From a virus: DNA of 64,000 nucleotides. Below the pieces are notes generated by a model. It did not search any database, was not told where the DNA came from, and saw only the letters and a list, made by a program, of their open reading frames with translations. The DNA lies in UHGV virus genome UHGV-1558314; one strand, written 5' to 3'. Each line of letters opens with the position of its first letter. Position 1 is the first letter of the stretch. The translations under genes and the position numbers were made by a program. This document shows, piece after piece, positions 18,807 through 27,770 of the stretch.

Positions 18807-19519
18807 TTGCAATCATTATGCTGAGTATGAATTGCGTTGCCCTGTGAATCCAAGCGAATCGCAGTTTGCATTGCGACTTCAGATTGTGTTTGTTCTGCTT
18901 GACGAGCTCTTTGAAGTCCACCTCCAGGGTGACATGTGTAAAATCTATCAAAGTCAGTGCCAAGCTGTTCAGCAACAGACAACATGATGTTATCACCAAT
19001 GAGCTGAGATGCTAGCAGAGAATTCGTCGGAATTCGTGGATTGCGTGAGTCCTCGTCAATTGCTGGCAATGATACAAGCAAGTCTGCCCAAGCATTCATA
19101 TCAGTGACCTTGCCACCAGCAAAGTTAATGCCGATGATTTGGCAATTCGGTGCAAGCAATTCACGATGTTCACGAAGATATGTCATTGCAGTTGCAAGTT
19201 CAGATGTGTTGCCTGTTTTGCTGAATGCTACAATAACATCATTGTTTCGAATCATACCAAAGTCACCATGCATTGCATGTACTGCATCAAAGAACGCAGC
19301 ATCAAGTGAAATTGAATAGCATGTTGCAGCAAGTTTTTCACAGCAATGCACATTTTTGCCAATGCCAGTGAACAATACTTTGCCATCAGACTTCAATGCA
19401 TTTGCAATAATGTCTGCTGCAATGCCAAGAACATCATATTGCGCATCTGAAATGTTGTTGTGCCATGCTACAAGCGACTCGACTGATGCAGCAATGCCTT
19501 TGTGTACAAGTGTTTTCAT
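18803..19519 (-). CDS. SIS-domain sugar-phosphate isomerase (arabinose-5-phosphate isomerase KpsF/GutQ-like, no CBS domains)
   Basis: GKVLFTGIGKN...KLAATCYSISLDAAFFDAVHAMHGDFGMI...DVIVAFSKTGNTSEL matches the KpsF/KdsD SIS signature. Confidence 0.8.
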   Translation of the reverse strand: MKTLVHKGIAASVESLVAWHNNISDAQYDVLGIAADIIANALKSDGKVLFTGIGKNVHCCEKLAATCYSISLDAAFFDAVHAMHGDFGMIRNNDVIVAFSKTGNTSELATAMTYLREHRELLAPNCQIIGINFAGGKVTDMNAWADLLVSLPAIDEDSRNPRIPTNSLLASQLIGDNIMLSVAEQLGTDFDRFYTCHPGGGLQRARQAEQTQSEVAMQTAIRLDSQGNAIHTQHNDCK

Positions 19520-19537
19520 TTTGTGATGTTTGAAGGT

Positions 19538-20221
19538 TCAAAGAAACTTGAGTTTTGACAGCATTTCAGTGTCTTGTTCTGTGTTGATGCCAAGCTCTTG
19601 CATGACATCAAGCAACGCAGACCATAATTGCTCATATGATTGCCCACCCCCATTCATGACAACTGCATCAACGAACAACTCGTCGATGTGCTGCTCACTT
19701 GAATGATTGATGTTTTGCATGACATCATCATTAACAATCTTTATGAGTTTGAAGCCTCTTGAGCGCAATGCGGTCGCTTCATTTGGATATCGACAGTCAC
19801 CAACACAAATGAGAGCTTCATTATGACAGTTGTCAAGTCGATACAACAAACTATTGACAAAGAAGTCTTCACCATACAGTTTCTTGAGCACATCTGAAAC
19901 ATCAAGATGCACATTGCGAATCGATGAACCTGCAAACTCTACAAAGTGTTTTTGTTTGAATGCATTGTTATGCAAGTCTTGCAAATTGTAGCCCAGTGTA
20001 CTTGCAATAAATGCTTTCAGTGGCTTTGCAAAGCACTCATATGCAAGATTGCAGCCACATGACCAGTATGGATTTGCTTCAATTTGCTGCAAAGTTGATG
20101 TGTAAATGCTATCAATTACAGTGAACTTGCATTTAGTCATGACTCGAATCATCGCCCAAGCCAAATCTTTGCCTACGCCTGCATGACCAACAAGCGCAAT
20201 TTTTGTTATGTCATCATTCAT
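19538..20221 (-). CDS. P-loop kinase, deoxynucleoside monophosphate kinase-like
   Basis: Walker A-like IALVGHAGVGKD at N-terminus; size and position resemble T4 gp1-type dNMP kinases; function tentative. Confidence 0.6.
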   Translation of the reverse strand: MNDDITKIALVGHAGVGKDLAWAMIRVMTKCKFTVIDSIYTSTLQQIEANPYWSCGCNLAYECFAKPLKAFIASTLGYNLQDLHNNAFKQKHFVEFAGSSIRNVHLDVSDVLKKLYGEDFFVNSLLYRLDNCHNEALICVGDCRYPNEATALRSRGFKLIKIVNDDVMQNINHSSEQHIDELFVDAVVMNGGGQSYEQLWSALLDVMQELGINTEQDTEMLSKLKFL

Positions 20222-20603
20222 TGCACCACTGTTTAAGAGTCACAAAATTGTTGAAGTCTGCATAAAAGTCATCGCCACCGTTAAGCATTGCGACATTCTC
20301 AAGTTCATTGAGAATGATTTGCTTATCAATGACTATTGCAAGAGCGTCAAAGTCTTCTTTTGATTGCAAATCAAGTAGCACAGGATGACCTTTGAGTCTT
20401 GTAGTTAATGTTGTTGGCAGTCTATGCACAGACTTCTTTTTCTTTGACTGCGTAGGATGTTTTGAGCGCTTTCTTGTAGCAGTCAGCTGAATATCATAGT
20501 CAATTTCAAGCAAACCTGCATCTTGCATTACAAAGTTGAGATTGACATACACAGGATGCTTTTGCTGAATGTCTATGAATTCTTGTAATTTGTCGTTTAT
20601 CAT
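20214..20603 (-). CDS. Hypothetical protein (129 aa)
   Basis: ATG at 20601-20603 (MINDKLQEF) downstream of promoter; ORF-track start crosses hairpin and promoter. Confidence 0.5.
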   Translation of the reverse strand: MINDKLQEFIDIQQKHPVYVNLNFVMQDAGLLEIDYDIQLTATRKRSKHPTQSKKKKSVHRLPTTLTTRLKGHPVLLDLQSKEDFDALAIVIDKQIILNELENVAMLNGGDDFYADFNNFVTLKQWCNE

Positions 20604-20626
20604 TTGAAATGCATTTGTATATGATA

Positions 20627-20655
20627 ATTGTACCACGTATGCATCAACTTTGCAC
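20627..20655 (-). promoter_or_regulatory. Sigma70-like promoter (-10 TACAAT)
   Basis: Plus attgtacca at 20627 and tttgcac at 20649-20655. Confidence 0.45.
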
Positions 20656-20661
20656 ACAAAA

Positions 20662-20689
20662 CAAGACCAACTCAATTGAGCTGGTCTTG
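20662..20689 (-). terminator. Hairpin with GCTCAATTGAGC-like core
   Basis: caagacca actcaattgagc tggtcttg, one mismatch. Confidence 0.5.
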
Positions 20690-20707
20690 CGGTCATATGT
20701 AGACTTC

Positions 20708-21265
20708 TTAAAATTTGGATAGACTCGTAGTTGAATCAATGCGCAAAGAATCTGCTATAGGTGCGCAATCATCAATTGGGCGACTTGCAGGCTTAACTTT
20801 GAGCATGTACATTCTGCAGTTGCCAATATCTATAAGGGAACCAGAACGTGTCATATAATCACAACCCAAAATGCCAACAACTTCATGACCAAGTGCTTTG
20901 CTAAGCTGAACTAAAATAGGCGAAATGTCGTCAATAAACATGTCCAGCTGTACAGAACCATTTGCGATAGTAATGTCTGCATCTATTGCATGAGATACTT
21001 GAAGAGCTCCTGTGACATATGATAGTCGCTTAACTGAACGCTCTTTGCCAACCATGTCATGAGTTGCAACAAATGTGCTGTCAATCAATGACAATGATGC
21101 GCCAGTGTCAAGCAAAAGCCATGTGTCGACACCATTGACATTTGCATGCACAAATGGCAGGCTCTTCAAAACAATCGGTGACTGTGATTGCTGCAATGCT
21201 TCATTACACATTGTCAGCGTCATAATCGCAAGTAGCGATATAAGAAACAATTTGAATGTTTTCAT
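20708..21265 (-). CDS. Retropepsin-like aspartic protease with signal peptide / possible lipobox
   Basis: N-terminal MKTFKLFLISLLAIMTLTMC; active-site LLDTGAS; GILGCDYM downstream. Confidence 0.75.
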   Translation of the reverse strand: MKTFKLFLISLLAIMTLTMCNEALQQSQSPIVLKSLPFVHANVNGVDTWLLLDTGASLSLIDSTFVATHDMVGKERSVKRLSYVTGALQVSHAIDADITIANGSVQLDMFIDDISPILVQLSKALGHEVVGILGCDYMTRSGSLIDIGNCRMYMLKVKPASRPIDDCAPIADSLRIDSTTSLSKF

Positions 21266-21269
21266 AAGG

Positions 21270-23222
21270 CTACTCTGCTTTTGTTGCTTGCATCAGTTCA
21301 GCAAAGCTTACAGTGTAAGCATCTTCACCAACAGTCACATATGCTGCATCAACATTGGAGTCATTGCCTGTGTATGTAACCAAGGTGCCTGCAGGAATTT
21401 CTACACCGTCAATTGTTCGCATCGAATTGACAAGCTTATATGTCTTGTTGTCTTCGAAGTTCTCATTGACATATGCGGCAGCAATCATTGTTGAACGCTT
21501 ACGAGATGCAGACTCATTGACAAAGCTTGCGCCAACAAGTTCTGACAGCTTCTTCTTTGTTGCTGCAGAACACTTGTCATATGCAATGTCAATTGCAAGG
21601 TCTACATCGCCAAGTTCCTTTGCAATGAGTTCATCAATCTGAGACAGCTTCTTGTCATCTTTGACAGCGACAAAATTCATTGCAAACTTGCGAGCGTTGT
21701 CTGACAATGATTCATCAATGTTCCACTGTTTCATCAATGTCTGCTTCAGTACCTTGTCAAGTTCCGACCAGTCCTTATCTGCAAGAGTAGTTGCATCAAA
21801 GTCTTCATTGCTGAACTGCTTCAGCACTTTGACTTTGTCATCATGTGACAATGCTGACCACTTGTTTGCAGCGTCTTCAGCAGATTCAAGCAGAGGCTTG
21901 ATTGCATCTTTGAGTTCTTGCGGCCAAGTTTCAGGCGCTTTGAGCAGCATCTCAGATGAGTTGTACTTAAGCATGTCGGTCATGATTGCAAGCTTAACAT
22001 TGTTAGCTTTCTCCTCAGGTGACAGAGCTTTGAACTTTTCAGCCCAGTCTTCAGATTCAGTCACGATTGATACTGGCTTTGCAAAACCAGCGACAAAGAC
22101 AAGCTTATACATGATGTTCGTCATGAATGAACAAACTGCATCAATATCAGACTGAGTTGCTGCAGATTGAGCATCACGAATGTTAAGCAATGCTTGACGA
22201 AGAGACATAATGCCTACAACAGGGTCAGACCATGTCAATACAACTGAACTATCGATTGTGATGCCCTTGTCAAATCGCATATTTTCTGCAATGCGGTCAG
22301 CAAGTTCAGGCAGTTCAGTGTAGTACTGCTCAAGTGCTGCATGTGTAGCAGGAATAGAAACTTTTGCAGCATCAAATGGGTTATTGATGTGCATAACATG
22401 TGCAGTTTGAATTGACTGCATCAGCATCGACACTACTGCAGATTCTATTGCAACATCATCTGCAGCAGCTTCATCAAGATTTGCAATTTTTAGCAATGCC
22501 TTTTTGTCTGCATCTGACAATCGCAGCCAAATGTATTCCCATTGACTGTTTGCATCATAGCCACGGTCAGTAGCAAACTTGGTGAGTTCTGCAGATTTCT
22601 TTGCTGCGTCATCGTCATCAAGCCAATCCAAGAATGCTTTCAGTTTGTCGTCAAATGCTTCATTGACAAATGACGCCATCGCATTTTGCAACAAATATTG
22701 ATGGTCTCGTACTGGTGACTCAACAATTTCAAAGCCTTCAAGAGACTTTGGCGAGTCAGTTGCTGAACCAGCTTCAAGACACTTCTTTGATGCATTGTCA
22801 ATGACAAACCACATCTTTTGTGCTTTGAGTGCAATGTAAGTCTTGTCTTTTGATTGCTGAACAGTCATGTTGTCAAGAGCCAATGCACTGATTGGCAAAT
22901 TCTTGACTGCTGACTTGTCAAGTGCTTCATTGACTGCTACATTGTCATCACTCATTAACTGAGTATTTGCAGCAAATGTTGCAGAATCAATGCTAAGCTC
23001 TTTGCCATCGGGCATAGCGAACTTAACTGCATCTGCAACATCAAGCACTTGCACCATGGTGCCTGCTTCGACTTTGTCGTCACCAACAGCGAACTCAGTT
23101 ACAACCTGATATGCTTTGTTAGCTTCAACAGTCTCAACAGACTCCATAATGAACTTTGCTGTGCTGCAAGAGATTTTGTGCTTTTTCATGTTCATGTATG
23201 AATTTGAGTGTTTGTTGTTCAT
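21270..23222 (-). CDS. Acidic 650-aa protein with several xVNE sites; candidate scaffold/internal head protein
   Basis: ASFVNEAFDD, ASFVNESASR, AAYVNENFED, VAVNEALDK. Confidence 0.75.
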   Translation of the reverse strand: MNNKHSNSYMNMKKHKISCSTAKFIMESVETVEANKAYQVVTEFAVGDDKVEAGTMVQVLDVADAVKFAMPDGKELSIDSATFAANTQLMSDDNVAVNEALDKSAVKNLPISALALDNMTVQQSKDKTYIALKAQKMWFVIDNASKKCLEAGSATDSPKSLEGFEIVESPVRDHQYLLQNAMASFVNEAFDDKLKAFLDWLDDDDAAKKSAELTKFATDRGYDANSQWEYIWLRLSDADKKALLKIANLDEAAADDVAIESAVVSMLMQSIQTAHVMHINNPFDAAKVSIPATHAALEQYYTELPELADRIAENMRFDKGITIDSSVVLTWSDPVVGIMSLRQALLNIRDAQSAATQSDIDAVCSFMTNIMYKLVFVAGFAKPVSIVTESEDWAEKFKALSPEEKANNVKLAIMTDMLKYNSSEMLLKAPETWPQELKDAIKPLLESAEDAANKWSALSHDDKVKVLKQFSNEDFDATTLADKDWSELDKVLKQTLMKQWNIDESLSDNARKFAMNFVAVKDDKKLSQIDELIAKELGDVDLAIDIAYDKCSAATKKKLSELVGASFVNESASRKRSTMIAAAYVNENFEDNKTYKLVNSMRTIDGVEIPAGTLVTYTGNDSNVDAAYVTVGEDAYTVSFAELMQATKAE

Positions 23223-23268
23223 ATGATATGATATATATCAAGTGCAGCAATTGAACAGATTGCAAAAA

Positions 23269-23298
23269 CAATGCTCAGACTGTAAAGTCTGAGCATTG
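23269..23298 (-). terminator. Hairpin (12-bp stem)
   Basis: caatgctcagac tgtaaa gtctgagcattg. Confidence 0.55.
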
Positions 23299-23339
23299 AA
23301 CGACTAAATTGTGCATCTTCCACAATGATATAGAATCAT

Positions 23340-23470
23340 TGTTAATATTGTATTGATATTGTACAACATGCATTGCATATTTGCAATGATACAACATGCA
23401 AAATGCGCTTGCACTTTGATGCAAAGTGCTGCGTATACAACATGCATCGCGTATTCGCATTTGATGCAAT
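23340..23470 (-). repeat. Cluster of three tandem promoter-like repeat units (TTGCAN-N17-GTTGTA[CT]AAT variants)
   Basis: attgtacaacatgcattgcatatttgcaatg / atacaacatgcaaaatgcgcttgcac / gtatacaacatgcatcgcgtattcgcatttgatgc; related copies at 24515-24590 and 48250-48360. Confidence 0.55.
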
Positions 23471-23474
23471 GTCA

Positions 23475-24494
23475 CTATTGCTTATGCCAGCCATATGATG
23501 CCTGACCAGCATCATACACTTCTACAAAACCATGGTCGTACATAAAATCTTCATTACGAGTGCCCTTGCCCCCATTAGTACCAAGAATACGGTCTGCACC
23601 ATGCATAAGCAGCATATTATTTGTGATATGTTGCTTTGTCAGCATATTGAACCAATGTTTGCTATATGACAAGCCAAGACCATCAAAGCCCAGCTTTGTG
23701 TACACGCCACCATCAAACTTGCTCAAATCACAATACGACAACACAGATTCAGGGTCATATGTCTTGATAAAGTGCTTGAATATGCGTTCGGCGCCACCTA
23801 CGACTTTTGTTGCTGCACAAAGACGCAGTAGTTCATACTGATATCGCTTATTGTATCGTGGACGACCAAATGTCATAAGCTGATGTATGACATAGCCGCC
23901 AAGCAATTCAAGTGGATGGCCTTCAATCAACGCAAGATTGATAAAATTGCCTGAGCACTTGCCTTGCAAATGATGTTCAATCAAAAATTGATTTGCAGTA
24001 TACTTGTCAATTTCAACAACTTTAAGCTTGCGAGCATATACAATCTTTGATTTGTCTACGATTTGATGCTTGATGTGATTGATAACTTTCTTGGCGTCAT
24101 CCCAATCCCACACATGAATGCAATGAAAGCCTGCAGCTTTTGCAATGTCTGTTTTCTTTGCATGAATATCACAAGGCAAATGCGAATCTTTTGCAGCATG
24201 CATAAATAGATGCTCAAATGAATGCGTGCTATTATGTGAAAATGTGGGATTGATGTTGATGACGATGTTGTCATGTCTAAAATCGAAGACTTCATCACCA
24301 ATAACAAAGTTGCGCTCAAAATCTATACCGACATGTTTGAGTAATACTTGATGCCACACATCTTTATAGGCTGATTCAAGATTGCTTAGCTCATCACAGT
24401 TTGCAATATTTTTGTAACGTTGAATAGCAGCATCAAAGTCAAGATTGACTTCAGCGTAGTCTGCATTTTTATCGTAGTGAAATTTTGAGCTCAT
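23475..24494 (-). CDS. Homing-endonuclease-like protein, family paralog 1 (Vsr/DUF559-like nuclease motif)
   Basis: IVININPTFSHNSTHSF ... GFHCIHVWDWDD and C-terminal VEVYDAGQ shared with paralogs; ATG at 24492-24494. Confidence 0.75.
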   Translation of the reverse strand: MSSKFHYDKNADYAEVNLDFDAAIQRYKNIANCDELSNLESAYKDVWHQVLLKHVGIDFERNFVIGDEVFDFRHDNIVININPTFSHNSTHSFEHLFMHAAKDSHLPCDIHAKKTDIAKAAGFHCIHVWDWDDAKKVINHIKHQIVDKSKIVYARKLKVVEIDKYTANQFLIEHHLQGKCSGNFINLALIEGHPLELLGGYVIHQLMTFGRPRYNKRYQYELLRLCAATKVVGGAERIFKHFIKTYDPESVLSYCDLSKFDGGVYTKLGFDGLGLSYSKHWFNMLTKQHITNNMLLMHGADRILGTNGGKGTRNEDFMYDHGFVEVYDAGQASYGWHKQ

Positions 24495-24515
24495 GTGTAT
24501 AATTTGTATGAGATT

Positions 24516-24544
24516 ATTGTACAACATGCAAATGCATGTTGCAT
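24516..24544 (-). promoter_or_regulatory. Sigma70-like promoter (ATGCAA-N17-TACAAT)
   Basis: Plus attgtacaac at 24516-24525, ttgcat at 24539-24544. Confidence 0.5.
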
Positions 24545-24598
24545 TTGATGCAAAGTACTGCGTACACAACATAAAGTACAAGTTTGCTTTTGACAGAC

Positions 24599-25621
24599 TT
24601 ACTTTGTATTGCTACGCGTCATTGTTAAATGACCGCAATCATACACATCAACTTCTGTTTTGCCAAGCATGCATGTATGACAATTTATTTTGAAATCTAC
24701 TGCAGTGTAGTCAGGATAGTTTAGCGGAGATTCTTTTGACAAATCAATTTCAATTGTGTCAGTAGTTTTAAGTTGTTCAGTGCCTGCAATGATATCTGCA
24801 ATGAGATTGATAACATCTTCTTGTGAATCCCAGTCAAACACAGTTATGCAACGATAGCCTGCATCAAGCGCAAGTTTTGTTTTGTTGTAATGGTATTGCG
24901 CATCAAGTGGCTCATTTTTGTCAGACAATTTTGTTGCATATCGAAACCCAAGCGTGCTGTTATGCGATACGGTAGGATTGATTTCTACAAGCAATTTATG
25001 TGTGCCATCAATATCATATGACAAATCATATGAATAACGTTGAATTCTAACTGCGTCAAGCTGCATGTCAATGTGTAAATGACGCAATATTATTGCATGC
25101 CAATGCTTGTTGATGCCCGATATTATATTTGCAGCTTCCATGCATTTTGGATGCATTACAAAATACGGCACGCCAAAGCGTTCTTGTATTGTTTTGTATG
25201 CTTTTGCATTAGAATCTTTACCATAAATGCTGCCATAACGCTTAAGCTTTGTAGCAATCAACTTGTCTATGTCACCCATAGCATTGCCAAAGCGCTCAAT
25301 CTTATGCTGTTTAATGGCATCTTTGTCGCCAAACATATGACCATATCGAGACATCTTTGTTGCTTTGACTGCATTGATGTTGCAACCTGCACCATATCGA
25401 GCATGCATAGTTTGCATGCGTTTAGCAATGTGCTCTTGTGATTGCTTAATTTGTTCGGTGCCAAATTTGCGCAAATTATTGATACGCTTAGTAACATCTT
25501 GTTTAATGACTGAATGCGTGGTTGTTCGCTTGCCAAGTCTTACACATTCTGTAGTTTTGAGCAATGTATCTCGTTCAAACTCAATTTGTGCAATTCGTGC
25601 AACAATTTCTTTAGATGTCAT
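24599..25621 (-). CDS. Homing-endonuclease-like protein, paralog 2 (tandem K/R-Y/F-G repeats + Vsr-like nuclease motif)
   Basis: Repeats ...MSRYGHMFGD...IERFGNAMGD...LKRYGSIYGKD...; LLVEINPTVSHNSTLGF ... GYRCITVFDWD ... VDVYDCGH; ATG at 25619-25621. Confidence 0.75.
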   Translation of the reverse strand: MTSKEIVARIAQIEFERDTLLKTTECVRLGKRTTTHSVIKQDVTKRINNLRKFGTEQIKQSQEHIAKRMQTMHARYGAGCNINAVKATKMSRYGHMFGDKDAIKQHKIERFGNAMGDIDKLIATKLKRYGSIYGKDSNAKAYKTIQERFGVPYFVMHPKCMEAANIISGINKHWHAIILRHLHIDMQLDAVRIQRYSYDLSYDIDGTHKLLVEINPTVSHNSTLGFRYATKLSDKNEPLDAQYHYNKTKLALDAGYRCITVFDWDSQEDVINLIADIIAGTEQLKTTDTIEIDLSKESPLNYPDYTAVDFKINCHTCMLGKTEVDVYDCGHLTMTRSNTK

Positions 25622-25640
25622 TTTTAATAGCATATTGATA

Positions 25641-25670
25641 ATTATACAACATACAAATGAGTTTTGCATT
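25641..25670 (-). promoter_or_regulatory. Sigma70-like promoter (-10 TATAAT variant)
   Basis: Plus attatacaac at 25641-25650, ttgcat at 25665-25670. Confidence 0.4.
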
Positions 25671-25700
25671 TTTGATGTAGCAATTGCTTGCACAGTTTGC

Positions 25701-25737
25701 AAAAAAGAACCGCTTGCAATCTAATTGCAAGCGGTTC
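25701..25737 (-). terminator. Rho-independent terminator (14-bp stem + U tract on minus strand)
   Basis: aaaaaa gaaccgcttgcaat cta attgcaagcggttc. Confidence 0.7.
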
Positions 25738-25966
25738 AATGAATACGTTTGTCAGAAACTGTCAATGGTGCAATCGCTTGAAGAGTTAACTGAACAACTT
25801 GTTGATGCGATTGCTGCATTGGTGACTACCAAGCAGCCCATTGAACATTGGATTCGACATCAACGTCTTTGTGGTTGTTGTTGAACTCCCCAAGCCAGCA
25901 AGTATCATTTAGCAAGTTTCCAAACTTAACGTACTTGTCGTTCCCCGGCTTGGGTGGTGCAGGTTG

Positions 25967-27682
25967 TCAAATCCAGCCGTAGTCGCTGTGGATAGCGAAG
26001 GTGAGGTAAGCCAACTCGGGATACATACCCGTCTCCGCGAGAGCGTAATCCGACTCAATCAGCAACTTTGGCGCTGCTGTTCCTTCGGCTGTTAATTCCA
26101 CACTTGATGCAAGGTCATATGGCATGAATACACATCCCTGGTTGACATTCTCTACGTCAACACCGTCAGCAGTCTTGTTCGTACGAAGAACGAGAACAGT
26201 GTTGTCGTTCAGCGGCTGCTTAGGATTGCAATAGATTTTAATGCCAGCAAGGTCACCTGCGTAATACAGGTTTTTGTTGTCCTGTACCAGCGTATTGTCA
26301 AGAGCTGCAACAAAGTTTTTCTGAGCCTTAATTGCAACCAAGGCAATCGTATTGACCACAGCAGCATCACCAGCACCGAAACGCGACAGGTTGCCAATGA
26401 TTGCCGAAGCAGCCAGGATACGCGTTGCGATACGAGCCTGACGGGTAATCTGGTTCTCAGCCGAGCTGTTCGATTCAGCGTTCGGAACCATGCCGAATTC
26501 AGCCGTACGGTCTACACCCATCTTGTCGACAAATGCAGGAGCTTGGAATTCCGAGAATGCCTTGGCAGTCGAACCAGCGTAGCCAATGTACAAGTTCAGG
26601 TTGTAGCCCTGAGCAGCCAACAGCTGAGCATGTGTCGTAACACCAAGTGCACGCATGCGCTTCAGACCATTGTCATTGATTGACTGCGTGATTTCATTCT
26701 GCATTGCATTCTTGATGATTGCAACTGCATCCAAACCGCGAGCACGGAGGTCCTTAACCTGGCGACGAGTCAGAGCGCCCCAAGTCTGGTACGTCTTAAC
26801 TTCGATAGCCTTTGAGAAGGTGCGGAGCTCCAGCATGTTCGGGTTGCCAGCCTCAGCCTCAGAACGAGACATTGGGTTGCCGTCAAGGTCATCCATTGCA
26901 GCGAAGCCGTGGATGTGTTCGTCACCAGCCGAAACCAGGTCGAACATAACCTCAGTCATACCAGTCAGCAAGTCAGTTACAGCACCTGCAGCGTCAACCG
27001 AGTAGATTTTCGATGCAGCCATTGCAACATCAGCCAACGACTTGTCAGGAGCAACAGTCATTGCGCCACCTGCGCCTACAGTGTACACGCCCTCATTGCG
27101 AACTACGAGGTAGCCTGCAACACGCGATACCTGTACAAACGTTACTTTGGCAGCAAGCTCACCAGCAGCTGAACCGCCGATGTACAGAACTTGACCCTTC
27201 TTGAGGCCACGAACCATTGTCTGCGAAGCAACATTGTACAGTTCCTTCCACTTGATGAGGAAGTAGCGAGGACCCTTGGCAACATTCAGCTTGCCGCCAC
27301 CATACACGTAGTCTACATAGTCCAGCTGAACCAGCGGGCTGTAAACAGGAATGGTCGGGAGCAGGTCGAACAGAATCGTGTTGGCTGCGATGTTCATGTT
27401 CAGAGCCAGAACATTGGCAGCTACATCGATTGAACCACGCTTACGCGACGGGTCATGGAACTGTGCTTGCGTGCCTGGGTCAGCAGGGAAAGCGACCGGA
27501 CCTACGCCATTGAGATTCTGCGAATACGTCGACTCAAACGACTCGTTCATATACTGAACGTTCTGAGCGATTGATGCGAGCAGATACTTCTTAGCGGGCG
27601 AGAGCTTGGAGTCAAACGACTCATCAAGAACAGGGCCCCACTTTTTCAGCAATGCATCAATCTGTGTACGTTTTGCGTTCAT
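25967..27682 (-). CDS. Putative major capsid protein (571 aa) with N-terminal propeptide cleavage motif
   Basis: Markedly GC-richer codon usage than neighbours; N-terminal ...NVQYMNE/SFEST matches the recurrent xNE motif; late-type promoter upstream; family assignment not verified. Confidence 0.7.
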   Translation of the reverse strand: MNAKRTQIDALLKKWGPVLDESFDSKLSPAKKYLLASIAQNVQYMNESFESTYSQNLNGVGPVAFPADPGTQAQFHDPSRKRGSIDVAANVLALNMNIAANTILFDLLPTIPVYSPLVQLDYVDYVYGGGKLNVAKGPRYFLIKWKELYNVASQTMVRGLKKGQVLYIGGSAAGELAAKVTFVQVSRVAGYLVVRNEGVYTVGAGGAMTVAPDKSLADVAMAASKIYSVDAAGAVTDLLTGMTEVMFDLVSAGDEHIHGFAAMDDLDGNPMSRSEAEAGNPNMLELRTFSKAIEVKTYQTWGALTRRQVKDLRARGLDAVAIIKNAMQNEITQSINDNGLKRMRALGVTTHAQLLAAQGYNLNLYIGYAGSTAKAFSEFQAPAFVDKMGVDRTAEFGMVPNAESNSSAENQITRQARIATRILAASAIIGNLSRFGAGDAAVVNTIALVAIKAQKNFVAALDNTLVQDNKNLYYAGDLAGIKIYCNPKQPLNDNTVLVLRTNKTADGVDVENVNQGCVFMPYDLASSVELTAEGTAAPKLLIESDYALAETGMYPELAYLTFAIHSDYGWI

Positions 27683-27770
27683 GATTGAATTTGTTTGTTA
27701 TTGAAAGTGAAACATATATTTCTGTATAATATGTATAGAACTACTGATATTGATTGAATTGTGAAAATGG

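Noticed and set aside
25684-25884. Plus-strand ORF of 66 aa downstream of the capsid gene
   Set aside because: Starts inside a strong minus-strand terminator hairpin and lies in the capsid gene 3' region; likely spurious
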